Source of the DNA: Alistipes onderdonkii
GTDB lineage: Bacteria; Actinomycetota; Coriobacteriia; Coriobacteriales; UMGS124
DNA: 50,978 nt
Assembly (NCBI GenBank): GCA_963648855.1
Contig: CAVJGP010000004.1
Coordinates: forward strand, 1 to 50,978
Reading direction: 5' to 3'
Part shown: positions 34,176-42,877 of the stretch, one piece after another
Position numbering within the stretch: the first letter of the stretch is position 1
How the letters are laid out: the number at the start of each line of letters is the position of its first letter
Translations under genes and position numbers: made by a program
The notes under the pieces: generated by a model
Database searches by the model: none
Told to the model about the DNA's origin: nothing
The model's input: the letters and a program-made list of their open reading frames with translations, nothing else

Positions 34176-34377
34176 GGCGCGCCTCCTTTCACCAGGCAGA
34201 TGGGCACAGTATACGCTACGGGCCCGCCGGCCGCCCGGCCCTCCACAAGCTTCCCCCACATGCCCCTTGCGCCGGGCATGCCCGTAGGCATACGCTACGC
34301 TGCTACGCCTGCGGGCCCGGCGGCGGCCGGCGCGCCCGAGCGACACTACCAACCGCACAGCACCCAGGGAGACCGAC

Positions 34378-34773
34378 ATGTATCAGCTGAGCGACGAGGA
34401 GTTCGACAAGCTTGTGGAACAGGCCATGGAGGGCCTGCCCAAGCGCTTTGCCGGCGCCATCGACAACGTGGCCTTCGCCGTGGCCGACGAGCCCGAGGAG
34501 GAAGAGCTCGACATGGCCGAGTACGGCAGCTGCGACGAGGAGTCCGGCGAGCTTCTGGGCCTGTACGAGGGCACGCCCATCACCGAGCGCGGGGTGGATT
34601 ACGGCGACGGCGCCTTCGACCTGCCCGACGTGATCACCGTGTACAAGGGGCCGCACGAGCGCTGCTGCGACACCTTCGCCGAGCTGGCCGAAGAGGTGCG
34701 CAAGACGGTGGTGCACGAGGTGGGGCACTACTTCGGCCTTGACGACGACGAGCTCTACGCGATGGGCTACTAA
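34378..34773 (+). CDS. Small zinc metallopeptidase family protein (Zincin_1/DUF1025-like)
   Basis: 'VVHEVGHYFGLDDDEL' contains the HExxH motif. The RBS is 'AGGGAG'. The protein is 131 aa. Confidence 0.8.
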   Translation: MYQLSDEEFDKLVEQAMEGLPKRFAGAIDNVAFAVADEPEEEELDMAEYGSCDEESGELLGLYEGTPITERGVDYGDGAFDLPDVITVYKGPHERCCDTFAELAEEVRKTVVHEVGHYFGLDDDELYAMGY

Positions 34774-34777
34774 CGTC

Positions 34778-37564
34778 ATGCAGGATACTTTGATCAACTC
34801 AGGCGCAGCGACGCCCGCCGACGCGCGCCCCGCAAAGACCCTCGTCATCGCCGAGAAGCGCAGCGTGGGCAAGACGCTCGCGGCGTTTCTGGGCTGCAGG
34901 GCCGACAAGGGCGCGTGGGTGGAGGGCGAGCGCTTCGACGTGACCTGGGCGCAGGGCCACCTGCTGCGCCTGCTCATGCCCGACGAGTACCCCGACCACC
35001 CCGAGTGGCGCACCAAGGGCGCGGCGGCGCTGCCCATCATCCCCCAAGACAGTGAGTGGCGCTGGGCCGTCTCGCAGGAGCGCGGCGCAAACGCCCAGTT
35101 CGCGGCCGTGGCCGAGCTCGTGGCGAGCGGTCGGTACGGCCGTGTGGTCAACGCGTGCGACCCCGACCGCGAGGGCCAGTGCATCGCCGACCTCGCGCTC
35201 GACTTCATGGGGTGCCGCCTGCCCGTCGAGCGCCTGTGGTGCTCGTCGCTGGAAGACGCCGCCCTCAAGAAGGCCTTCGGGCGCATGAAGCCCAACTCCG
35301 AGTACGCGGGCCTGTACCAGTCGGCCCTGGCGCGCTCCAAGGCCGACTGGCTCGTGGGCATGAACGCGAGCAGGCTCTACTCGGCCGCCATGCGCTCGGC
35401 GCAGAGCGTGGGACGCGTGCGCACGCCCACCCTGGCGATGGTGGTGGAGCGCGACCGCGCCATCGAGGCGTTCAAGGGCTCGGAGGCCTTCCGCGTGCGC
35501 CTCGACCTGGGGCAGGGCTTCTTCGTCACCGGCGAGGCGGGCGGCTCGAAAGCCCAGGCTGAGCAGGTGCTCGCGCAGGCCCAAGGGGCAAGCTGCGCCA
35601 TCACGGCGGTGGAGCGCAAGCGCTGCCGCGAGGGCGCGCCCACCCTACTCAACACCACCGGCATGCAGAAGCTCGCAAGCGAGCGCCTCGGCATGGCGCC
35701 CGACGCCGTGGACCGTGCCTTGCAAGCCCTCTACGAGAAGAAGCTCTCCACCTACCCGCGTACCGACTCCAAGTACGTGAACTCCGAAGACGGCGCGGCC
35801 CTCGAGGGGCTCGTGGGCTTCGTGGCCGACGCCGGGCACGTGGGGCCCGCCATGGCCGAGGCCTTCCGCGCGATGCCCCACGACGTGTCGAAGGTGGTGG
35901 ACGACAGCAAGGTGGAGGGCCACGGGGCGCTCCTGCCCACCCGCCAGCTCACCGCCGAGCGTCTTGCCGCGCTGGGCGAGGAGGAGGGCGCCGTGGCTCG
36001 GCTGCTGTGCGAGTCGCTGCTGGCCGCCGTGGCGCCGGACCGCGAGTACGTGCGCACGGCCGTGAGCGCCACCTGCAACGGCCTGCCCTACACCGCCACC
36101 GCCACCGCCGACGTGGACCGCGGCTGGAAACTCCTGCGCCCCACCAAGCAGGCCGGCGCGGCCGAGAAGGGCGACAACTCGACTGCCGGCTCTGGCGAGG
36201 CGGGCGAAGGCACCCCCGGCGAGGACGACGCCACGCGCACGCGCATCCCCGCCGACCTGGAGGCCCCCAGCACGCGCACGGTGGAGGGCGGCGAGGTGAA
36301 GGTCACGAAGGCCCGTCCCCCTCGCCGCTACACCGACGCCACCCTGCTCGCGGCGATGGAGCACGCCGACCACTTCGTGGAAGAGGACGAGCTCAAGGCC
36401 GCCATCAAGGACTCCTCGCTGCACTCGGGCGGCATCGGCACGCCGGCCACGCGCGCGGGGATCATCGCCTCGCTCGTGGACCGCAGCTACCTGGCGCGCA
36501 AGGGCTCCACCCTCACCTCCACCCCCGAGGGGCGCGCCCTCATCGACGAGGTGGTGCCGGAGCTTCGCAGCGTGGACCTCACCGCACGCATGGAGCGCGA
36601 CCTCACGGCCATCGCGCGGCAGAACACCCAGGCAGGACCCTTCATCGCCGAGGTGGTGCAGCTCGTGTGCCGCATCGTGCAGGAGCAGCTCGCCCGCCCC
36701 TTCAAGACGGCGCTGCCCAAGGGCGAGGCCATCGGCAAGTGCCCGCAGTGCTCGGGCAAGGTGCTCGACACGGGCAACGAGCGCGCCCCTTTCGTGTGCG
36801 AGAACTCGCGCCGCGAGCGCGTGGAGGAGCCTGACGGGCGCACGACCTGGCGCGACTGCGGAAGCTGTGCCTTCAAGCTGCCGCGCTCGTTCATGGGGGC
36901 CGCCATCTCGCCCGCGGCCGCGAAGAAGCTCCTCGGCGGCAAGTCGGTCATGCTCAAGGGCATGACGCGCGCCGACGGCACGGTGATGGACCGCCTCGTG
37001 GCGCTCGACGCCGAGCACGGCTGGCGCGTGCGCATCGCGGCCGACCAGAGCGTGAAGGTGGGCACCTGCCCCAAGTGCGGCGCTCAGGTGGTGGACACGG
37101 GCAACGAGCGCGTGCCCTTCCTGTGCGAGCACAACCGGGGGCGGCGGGACGGCGCGAGGGCGCAGGGGGCGCAGGCGGAAGCACCGAGCGTGCAGGCGGC
37201 GCAGGGCGGGCAGCCCGGGGCCGCGCAGGCGGGCCAGGGCACGCAGGCCCCCGAGGGCGCACCCGCAACCTGCGACTTCAAGCTCTACCGCGACTACCTG
37301 GGCAAACGCCTCACCAAGACCAACGTCTCGGCGCTGCTGGCCCTCAAGACGGTGGAGCTCAAGGGCCTCACCTCGCAGAAGACCGGCGACAAGTTCAACG
37401 CCTACGTGGCCCTCGACCCCCAGCGCGACTTCCGCATGCGCATCACGGGCTACCCGGCCGAGCAGCCGCCCAAGAAGCAGCCCAAGCCCGAGAAGGCCCC
37501 GAAGGCCGCAAAGGCCGCGCCCAAGCAGGACAACCAGGCGTCGCTCCCGGGCCTGGAGTGGTAG
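34778..37564 (+). CDS. topB: DNA topoisomerase III with a C-terminal Zn-ribbon / topoisomerase C-terminal-repeat region and a Lys/Pro-rich tail
   Basis: The Toprim start is 'LVIAEKRSV'. The 'YPRTDS' motif and 'GIGTPATRA' are present. 'CP.C...V.DTGNER.PF.CE' and 'FKL.R...GK.L' each occur twice. The ATG at 34778 lies 4 nt after the peptidase stop. Confidence 0.9.
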   Translation: MQDTLINSGAATPADARPAKTLVIAEKRSVGKTLAAFLGCRADKGAWVEGERFDVTWAQGHLLRLLMPDEYPDHPEWRTKGAAALPIIPQDSEWRWAVSQERGANAQFAAVAELVASGRYGRVVNACDPDREGQCIADLALDFMGCRLPVERLWCSSLEDAALKKAFGRMKPNSEYAGLYQSALARSKADWLVGMNASRLYSAAMRSAQSVGRVRTPTLAMVVERDRAIEAFKGSEAFRVRLDLGQGFFVTGEAGGSKAQAEQVLAQAQGASCAITAVERKRCREGAPTLLNTTGMQKLASERLGMAPDAVDRALQALYEKKLSTYPRTDSKYVNSEDGAALEGLVGFVADAGHVGPAMAEAFRAMPHDVSKVVDDSKVEGHGALLPTRQLTAERLAALGEEEGAVARLLCESLLAAVAPDREYVRTAVSATCNGLPYTATATADVDRGWKLLRPTKQAGAAEKGDNSTAGSGEAGEGTPGEDDATRTRIPADLEAPSTRTVEGGEVKVTKARPPRRYTDATLLAAMEHADHFVEEDELKAAIKDSSLHSGGIGTPATRAGIIASLVDRSYLARKGSTLTSTPEGRALIDEVVPELRSVDLTARMERDLTAIARQNTQAGPFIAEVVQLVCRIVQEQLARPFKTALPKGEAIGKCPQCSGKVLDTGNERAPFVCENSRRERVEEPDGRTTWRDCGSCAFKLPRSFMGAAISPAAAKKLLGGKSVMLKGMTRADGTVMDRLVALDAEHGWRVRIAADQSVKVGTCPKCGAQVVDTGNERVPFLCEHNRGRRDGARAQGAQAEAPSVQAAQGGQPGAAQAGQGTQAPEGAPATCDFKLYRDYLGKRLTKTNVSALLALKTVELKGLTSQKTGDKFNAYVALDPQRDFRMRITGYPAEQPPKKQPKPEKAPKAAKAAPKQDNQASLPGLEW

Positions 37565-37861
37565 CGAGGGGGCGGTGCTCGCCCCCTCGTCCCTTTCGAC
37601 CCTCGTGCCTCGCGCCCGGCGCCCCTCTCCAGCGCGAGGGCCCAGGGCCGCTCCCTCGCGCCCGCCCTTGCGCCCCCAGCGCCCCTCGCCACAAGGCGGG
37701 CCCGCAGGCCGCTTGCCCGCAGCCTCTCCGCCCACCCTTCTCCCCCTCAAAAACCGCTCGCCCGCCTTTTATGCACATTGCATTACAGATTTTGGAAAAA
37801 GCGCATTTGTGCCACACGCCCGGCCCGGGGAGTTTTAGGATGAGCGCGTCTTTGTAAGAAG

Positions 37862-38030
37862 GCACGATAGAGGTGCGGCGACCAAGAGTAGCGAGGGCAC
37901 AGTGCATCCGGAAAGGTGCGCCCGCGCGAAAGGGGAAGCCGCCGAAGGGCCCGGACGTTTCCGCGCGCGTGCCCTGGGGCGTGGGAGAACATCCCCCGCA
38001 CTGTCGCCGCAAGGCGGAGCGCTATCTCAG
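37862..38030 (+). promoter_or_regulatory. Lysine riboswitch (L-box / LYS element)
   Basis: The conserved blocks appear in the correct order: 'GATAGAGGTGCG..CCAAGAGTAG', 'GAAAGGGGAAGCCGCCGAAGG', 'CCTGGGG', then 'CACTGTCGCCGCAAGGCGG' and the closing 'GCTATC' complementary to the 5' 'GATAG'. This closely parallels the B. subtilis lysC leader as I remember it. Confidence 0.8.
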
Positions 38031-38106
38031 ACGGGCAGGACGAAAAGCCTTCTGCCCGACGGGTACTTGAGACGCGTGCTGTCGAGCCTGTCGGATAGGA
38101 GGAACC

Positions 38107-39690
38107 ATGGAGTTCGTCGGAACGTTCTGGTCGCTCGTGCCACCCCTCGTGGCCATCGTGCTGGCCCTCATCACCAAGCAGACGTATAGCTCGCTGTTCG
38201 TGGGCATCGTCGTGGGCGCCCTGCTCGTGGCAGGGTTCAACCCCGTCGACACCCTCAACGACCTCATCCTGGGCACCGCCGTGGGCCTGGACGGCAGCGA
38301 GACCTCCGTGGGCTTCATCCACGCCGTCTCTGACCCGTGGAACGCGGGCATCTTCATCTTCCTCATCATGCTCGGCGTGATGGTGGCCCTCGTGAACGCC
38401 GCCGGCGGCTCGGCTGCCTTCGGCTCCTGGGCGGCCAAGCACATCAAGACCCGCATGGGCGCGCAGCTCGCCACCTTCGCCCTGGGCGTACTCATCTTCA
38501 TCGACGACTACTTCAACTGCCTCACCGTGGGCTCGGTCATGCGCCCCGTCACGGACGCCTGCCGCATCTCCCGCGCCAAGCTCGCCTACATCATCGACGC
38601 TACCGCCGCCCCCATCTGCATGATCGCCCCCATCTCCTCGTGGGCCGCGGCCGTCAGCTCCACCGCCGCCGACCTGGACAACGGCATCAGCGGCATCCAG
38701 CTCTTCATCTCGGCCATTCCCTTCAACTTCTACTCGCTCATGACCATCGTCTTCGTCATCGGCCTGTGCGTCATGGGCTTCGACTACGGCCCCATGGCCA
38801 AGGCCGAGCTTGAGGCCTACCGCACGGGCGAGCTGGGCCGCCTGGGCGACGAGGAGGTCGTGGACAACCCCAAGGCCAACCTGTGGGACATGCTCGTGCC
38901 GATCATCGCCCTCATCGTCTGCAGCATCTGCGGCATGCTCTACGTGGGCGGCTTCTGGGACTCCAGCTCTGAGGCCTACATGGACGTCTCTGTGGCCTTC
39001 TCGGGCACCGACGCCTCCGTGGGCCTGCCCTGGGGCTGCATCATCGCCCTCGTGCTCACCTTCATCTACCTGCTCGCCCGCCGCGTGATCACCTTCGAGC
39101 AGTCCATGGACTGCGTCACCAAGGGCTTCACCGCCATGGTGCCCGCCCTTCTCATCCTCACCTTCGCCCTCACGCTGAAGTCCATGACCACCGCCCTGGG
39201 CGCCGACTCCTACGTGGCTGGCCTCATGAGCGGCGCGGCCGAGAGCCTCTACAGCATGCTGCCCGCCATCATCTTCCTCGTGGCCGTGTTCCTGGCCTTC
39301 TCCACCGGCACGAGCTGGGGCACCTTCGGCATCCTCATCCCCATCGTCACCGCCATCTTCGCCAGCTCCGACGCCACGCTCATGACCATCGGCATCTCCG
39401 CCTGCCTGGCCGGCGCCGTCTGCGGCGACCACATCTCGCCCATCTCCGACACCACCGTCATGGCAAGCGCCGGTGCCAACGTGAACCACATCTCGCACGT
39501 GGACACGCAGCTCCCCTACGCGCTCACCGTGGCCGGCATCTCGTTCGTGATGTTCATCGTGGCCGGCTTCGTGCGCGACGCGGTCATCTGCCTGCCCATC
39601 GCCGTCGCGCTCACCATCGTGGTACTCTTCGTGCTGCGCCTCACGGTGGGCAAGAAGTCCGTGGAGGCCTACAAGGCCGCGCAGGAGTAA
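38107..39690 (+). CDS. NhaC-family Na+/H+ antiporter-type transporter (candidate lysine transporter, given the riboswitch)
   Basis: The N-terminus 'GTFWSLVPPLVAIVLALITKQTYSSLFVGIVVGAL' is NhaC-like and the protein is polytopic. The RBS is 'AGGAGG'. Confidence 0.88.
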   Translation: MEFVGTFWSLVPPLVAIVLALITKQTYSSLFVGIVVGALLVAGFNPVDTLNDLILGTAVGLDGSETSVGFIHAVSDPWNAGIFIFLIMLGVMVALVNAAGGSAAFGSWAAKHIKTRMGAQLATFALGVLIFIDDYFNCLTVGSVMRPVTDACRISRAKLAYIIDATAAPICMIAPISSWAAAVSSTAADLDNGISGIQLFISAIPFNFYSLMTIVFVIGLCVMGFDYGPMAKAELEAYRTGELGRLGDEEVVDNPKANLWDMLVPIIALIVCSICGMLYVGGFWDSSSEAYMDVSVAFSGTDASVGLPWGCIIALVLTFIYLLARRVITFEQSMDCVTKGFTAMVPALLILTFALTLKSMTTALGADSYVAGLMSGAAESLYSMLPAIIFLVAVFLAFSTGTSWGTFGILIPIVTAIFASSDATLMTIGISACLAGAVCGDHISPISDTTVMASAGANVNHISHVDTQLPYALTVAGISFVMFIVAGFVRDAVICLPIAVALTIVVLFVLRLTVGKKSVEAYKAAQE

Positions 39691-39900
39691 GCGCAAATAG
39701 CGAGAGAGCTGCAGCGTGCGCGATGCGCGGGGCGGCTTTCTGCTAGGATTGCAACCTGAGTTCGTCTTCATGCGGGGCGCCCTCGACGGGGCGTCCCGCT
39801 TTCTTTTGAGGGGCACACGATTTGCCGAGAGGCGCGGGCGCGGGCGAGCGGGGCCGGCATGCCGCGCGCCTCGGCGCACACCGAGCGGAATGGATGCACC

Positions 39901-41619
39901 ATGAACGTCACGAGAAAACGCGTCCTCGAGGTCGTGAAGTACCTGCTCGCGGGGGCAGTCTGCGTGCTTGCCTACAAGCTGGGCTTCTACGGGGCCGTGG
40001 AGGGCTTCAGCGACGGGCGCTTCATCACCAACTTTGCCTTGGGCGCGCTCTTCTTCTCGGGCGCACTCGTGCTCAACTACCTGCTCAGCCGCTACCTGGT
40101 GTTTCGCGACTGCCTCAAGCAAGACGGCAACCTCGCGCGCTACTTCGCCCTCACCATCGTGCTCATCGTAGGGTTCCTGGCACTGTCGTGGGTGATGCAG
40201 GACGTGCTCGGCCTGGCCGTGGTGGTGGCGCGCACGGTGGCAGGCCTTGCGATGATCGCCATGGCCTGGCCCATCGAGCGCTTCTGGGTGTTCCAGAGCG
40301 AGCCGCGCCGCCAGCGCATGTGGCTCCACGTGCTGGGCGCCTTCGTCGCGATGTTGCTCGTAAGCGCCGGCGTGTGGTCCGTCACCTGGCTCTCCACCTC
40401 GATCCTCTCTGTGTACCTCGCGCCCCTGGCCGAGGAGAGCTCGACGGCCGATCTTGAGGGTACGCAGGGCGCGAGCGCCGCCGCGACGACGGGCGAGATT
40501 ACCGTGCACGCCAAGGTGAGCGCCATCGGCGCCTCCGACTCCGACGAGGCGGGCGGGGTGGACTTCACCTGGGACGACGGCTGGTTCTTCAAGAACGCCA
40601 CGAGCTACAACGAGAAGCTCGCCCTGGCCAGCGGCGTGCTCGCGGCCTTCGCCAACTCCGAGTCGGCCTCCTACAACGGCGGGTCGGACGCGATGACGGT
40701 GGTGGACGTACTGACCGATCTGGGCTTCGACGACGTGCAGACCACCTCATACGAGCACCGCTCCACCATCCAAGACAACCTGGCCACCCTGGCCAGCGGT
40801 GCCACCGACACCGTGGCCTACACGCTCGCCTCCAAGCGCATCACCGCAGCCGACGGCGCGGAGAAGACGCTCGTGCTCGTGGCGGTGCGCGGCTCCTACG
40901 GCTCGGAGTGGCTGAGCGACTTCAACATCGCGGGCGACGCGCCCGGCGGCTACGAGGAGGACCACGTGGGCTTCGCGGCGGCGGCGAGCGTGGTGATGAG
41001 CGACGTGCGCTCCTACCTGGACGGACATGCCGGCGAGGACCTGTGCCTGCTCGTGTGCGGGCACAGCAGGGGCTCGGCCGTGTCGAACCTCATCGCGGCG
41101 AAGGCCGACGACGGCACCCTGGCCAGCGCCTACGGCATCGAGGCCGGCGACGTGTACTGCTACACCCTCGCCTGCCCCACCGTCACCACCAACGAAGACG
41201 CGCACGGCAGCATCTACGACAACATCTTCAACCTGCTGCTGCCCTCCGACATCGTGCCGATGCTGCCCCTGCAGGCCTGGGGATATGAGCGTTACGGGCG
41301 CGACGCGTACTTCCCGCGCACGGGATCTGAGGGGTTCGACGCGCTCGACGCCCAGGAGCGCGCCTACTACCAGCAGGCGTTCGGCCGCGAGAGCACGAGC
41401 GACCCCGCCGACGCCGACGCCGTGGACTCGGCCATCGACGAGCTGTACCAGACGGTGCCCGGTTGCGAGGGGCTGGGGTCGCTTGACTCGGTGTGCGCCA
41501 TGGCCCACCTCTTCATGTACGACATCAACACCCCGCGCGTGCTTGCCAGCCACTACCTGCCCACCTACCTGTCGTGGCTGGCCGTGGCCGGCGACGCCGC
41601 GACGCTCGGCCTGGAATAG
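39901..41619 (+). CDS. Fusion protein: N-terminal GtrA-like 4-TM domain, an extra TM segment, and a class 3 lipase (alpha/beta hydrolase) domain
   Basis: The GtrA-like ends are 'NYLLSRYLVF' and 'PIERFWVF'. The lipase_3 signature is 'VAVRGSYGSEWLSDF' with the nucleophile elbow 'GHSRGS'. The start is ATG at 39901. Confidence 0.75.
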   Translation: MNVTRKRVLEVVKYLLAGAVCVLAYKLGFYGAVEGFSDGRFITNFALGALFFSGALVLNYLLSRYLVFRDCLKQDGNLARYFALTIVLIVGFLALSWVMQDVLGLAVVVARTVAGLAMIAMAWPIERFWVFQSEPRRQRMWLHVLGAFVAMLLVSAGVWSVTWLSTSILSVYLAPLAEESSTADLEGTQGASAAATTGEITVHAKVSAIGASDSDEAGGVDFTWDDGWFFKNATSYNEKLALASGVLAAFANSESASYNGGSDAMTVVDVLTDLGFDDVQTTSYEHRSTIQDNLATLASGATDTVAYTLASKRITAADGAEKTLVLVAVRGSYGSEWLSDFNIAGDAPGGYEEDHVGFAAAASVVMSDVRSYLDGHAGEDLCLLVCGHSRGSAVSNLIAAKADDGTLASAYGIEAGDVYCYTLACPTVTTNEDAHGSIYDNIFNLLLPSDIVPMLPLQAWGYERYGRDAYFPRTGSEGFDALDAQERAYYQQAFGRESTSDPADADAVDSAIDELYQTVPGCEGLGSLDSVCAMAHLFMYDINTPRVLASHYLPTYLSWLAVAGDAATLGLE

Positions 41620-41637
41620 CCCGGAAGAGGAACGCCC

Positions 41638-42219
41638 ATGAAACGCCTTATTTTACGCATCGTCACGGTCGTCGTGCTTGTGAGCGGCGCGGCCTCCATC
41701 CTGCTCGCCATCCTCTTCTGCTTCCTGGGGCTGCCCGCCTTCTCCTCCACCGTGGCTGGCACCACGTCGCTGCTCCTGTCGCAGAGCGCCGAGGAGGCCG
41801 AGCAGCTCGAGGCGCACTTCGTCATGGCGGCGATGGGCGTGGCCCTCTTGAACTTCGGCATCCTCAGCGCCATCCAGGGCGCGATGGGCATCCACGGCCT
41901 GCGCACGGGCCGCTTCGGCAAGTTCATCTTCACGAGCGGCGTGGTAGCGTTCTCCTCCCTCTTCGAGCTGGTGAGCGGCATCGGCGACGAGGTGTTCTCC
42001 AGCGTCATCATCGCGCTCAACCTGGTGTTCGCAGCGCTGGCGTACTGGGAGCAGCGCACACGGGGGAAGGGCGAGACGAGCGAGGACAGGGCGCAGGCGG
42101 GCGTGGCGCAGGCTGCTGGTGAGGTGGGCGCGGGGACATGTGCGGCGGCGGGCGAAGGAGCTGCAAGCAAGACGGACGCGAGCGAGGCAGACGCGAGCGA
42201 GACGCAAAAGATCGTCTAG
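41638..42219 (+). CDS. Hypothetical small membrane protein (about 4 TM) with an acidic tail
   Basis: The gene starts 18 nt after the lipase-fusion stop. Hydrophobic segments are present and GC3 is high. Confidence 0.6.
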   Translation: MKRLILRIVTVVVLVSGAASILLAILFCFLGLPAFSSTVAGTTSLLLSQSAEEAEQLEAHFVMAAMGVALLNFGILSAIQGAMGIHGLRTGRFGKFIFTSGVVAFSSLFELVSGIGDEVFSSVIIALNLVFAALAYWEQRTRGKGETSEDRAQAGVAQAAGEVGAGTCAAAGEGAASKTDASEADASETQKIV

Positions 42220-42301
42220 GCAAACACCGCATGCACGGGACAACCAGGCAAGGCGGACGCGAGCGAGACGCAAGAGACCGTCTAGGCGAACGCAGCATGC
42301 A
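42173..42301 (+). repeat. Degenerate tandem duplication (period about 65 bp) spanning the gene's 3' end and stop codon
   Basis: 'agacgcgagcgagacgcaaaagatcgtctaggcaaacaccgcatgcac' (42189-42236) resembles 'ggacgcgagcgagacgcaagagaccgtctaggcgaacgcagcatgcac' (42254-42301). There is a third partial copy, 'ggacgcgagcgag', at 42173. Confidence 0.7.
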
Positions 42302-42397
42302 CAGGCCAAGTGGGCGAGGTGGACGCGACGGCGAGCGCAGCGCCTCGGCATATCTGGCGCACGGGTCGCCGAGTCGCATTACCGCAAGCCACCAGAG

Positions 42398-42877
42398 CTA
42401 ATCCAACACGGCCTCGGCTGCGCCGTCCACCTCCCGGACGCGCACGCCAAACGACGTTGCGCCCCGCGGCGCGTCAACCATCATCGACGCCCTGAGCCAG
42501 GCCGTCTGGATGTCGACGACGTGGATATCCCGGGCAAGCGCCACCTCGCCATCCACCTCGGTCTCGACATGAAAGGTTTTGAGCGACCTCCTCAGCTCCT
42601 GCATAAAAGCCTCGGATTCTTCCGGTGACATCGGGAGCATCTCAGGGTCGGCCGGCCCTTCCCAGGTCAGACCCTTACGCCAGCCGCCATCGAGGTAGTA
42701 ATCTCTCAAGAAATTCGACCGTTCGTCGGTCTTATCTTTCAGGTAACACTCCATTGCAACAAGGTTAAGAAAGATGGCGTCGATGCATTCGGCCACCTTC
42801 TTGTCTTGCACATCAATAGGCAGGTCAAAGCGGCAATCCATATCATGCCATTCAAGCTTTCGGGGAATCTCGTCCAT
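42398..42877 (-). CDS. Hypothetical protein (159 aa) in a visibly lower-GC patch
   Basis: The ATG at 42877 is preceded by 'GAGAGGAG'. I recognise no family. Confidence 0.6.
   Translation of the reverse strand: MDEIPRKLEWHDMDCRFDLPIDVQDKKVAECIDAIFLNLVAMECYLKDKTDERSNFLRDYYLDGGWRKGLTWEGPADPEMLPMSPEESEAFMQELRRSLKTFHVETEVDGEVALARDIHVVDIQTAWLRASMMVDAPRGATSFGVRVREVDGAAEAVLD

Noticed and set aside
31616-37564. Calling the HipA-like/AlbA_2/zincin/topB region an integrative or conjugative element
   Set aside because: No integrase, relaxase, T4SS gene, tRNA target or flanking direct repeats are visible. GC content matches the surrounding chromosome.
38032-38058. Hairpin after the riboswitch as an intrinsic terminator
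   Set aside because: The 9-bp stem (one G.U pair) is followed by 'acgggtacttgag' with no U-tract, so I cannot call a transcription terminator. The expression platform is left unresolved.
35645-40509. 701-aa (35645-37750) and 908-aa (37783-40509) minus-strand ORFs
   Set aside because: They are antisense to topB and to the NhaC and lipase-fusion genes. They are H/G/A/R/V-rich, have no motifs, and span the riboswitch-containing intergenic region.
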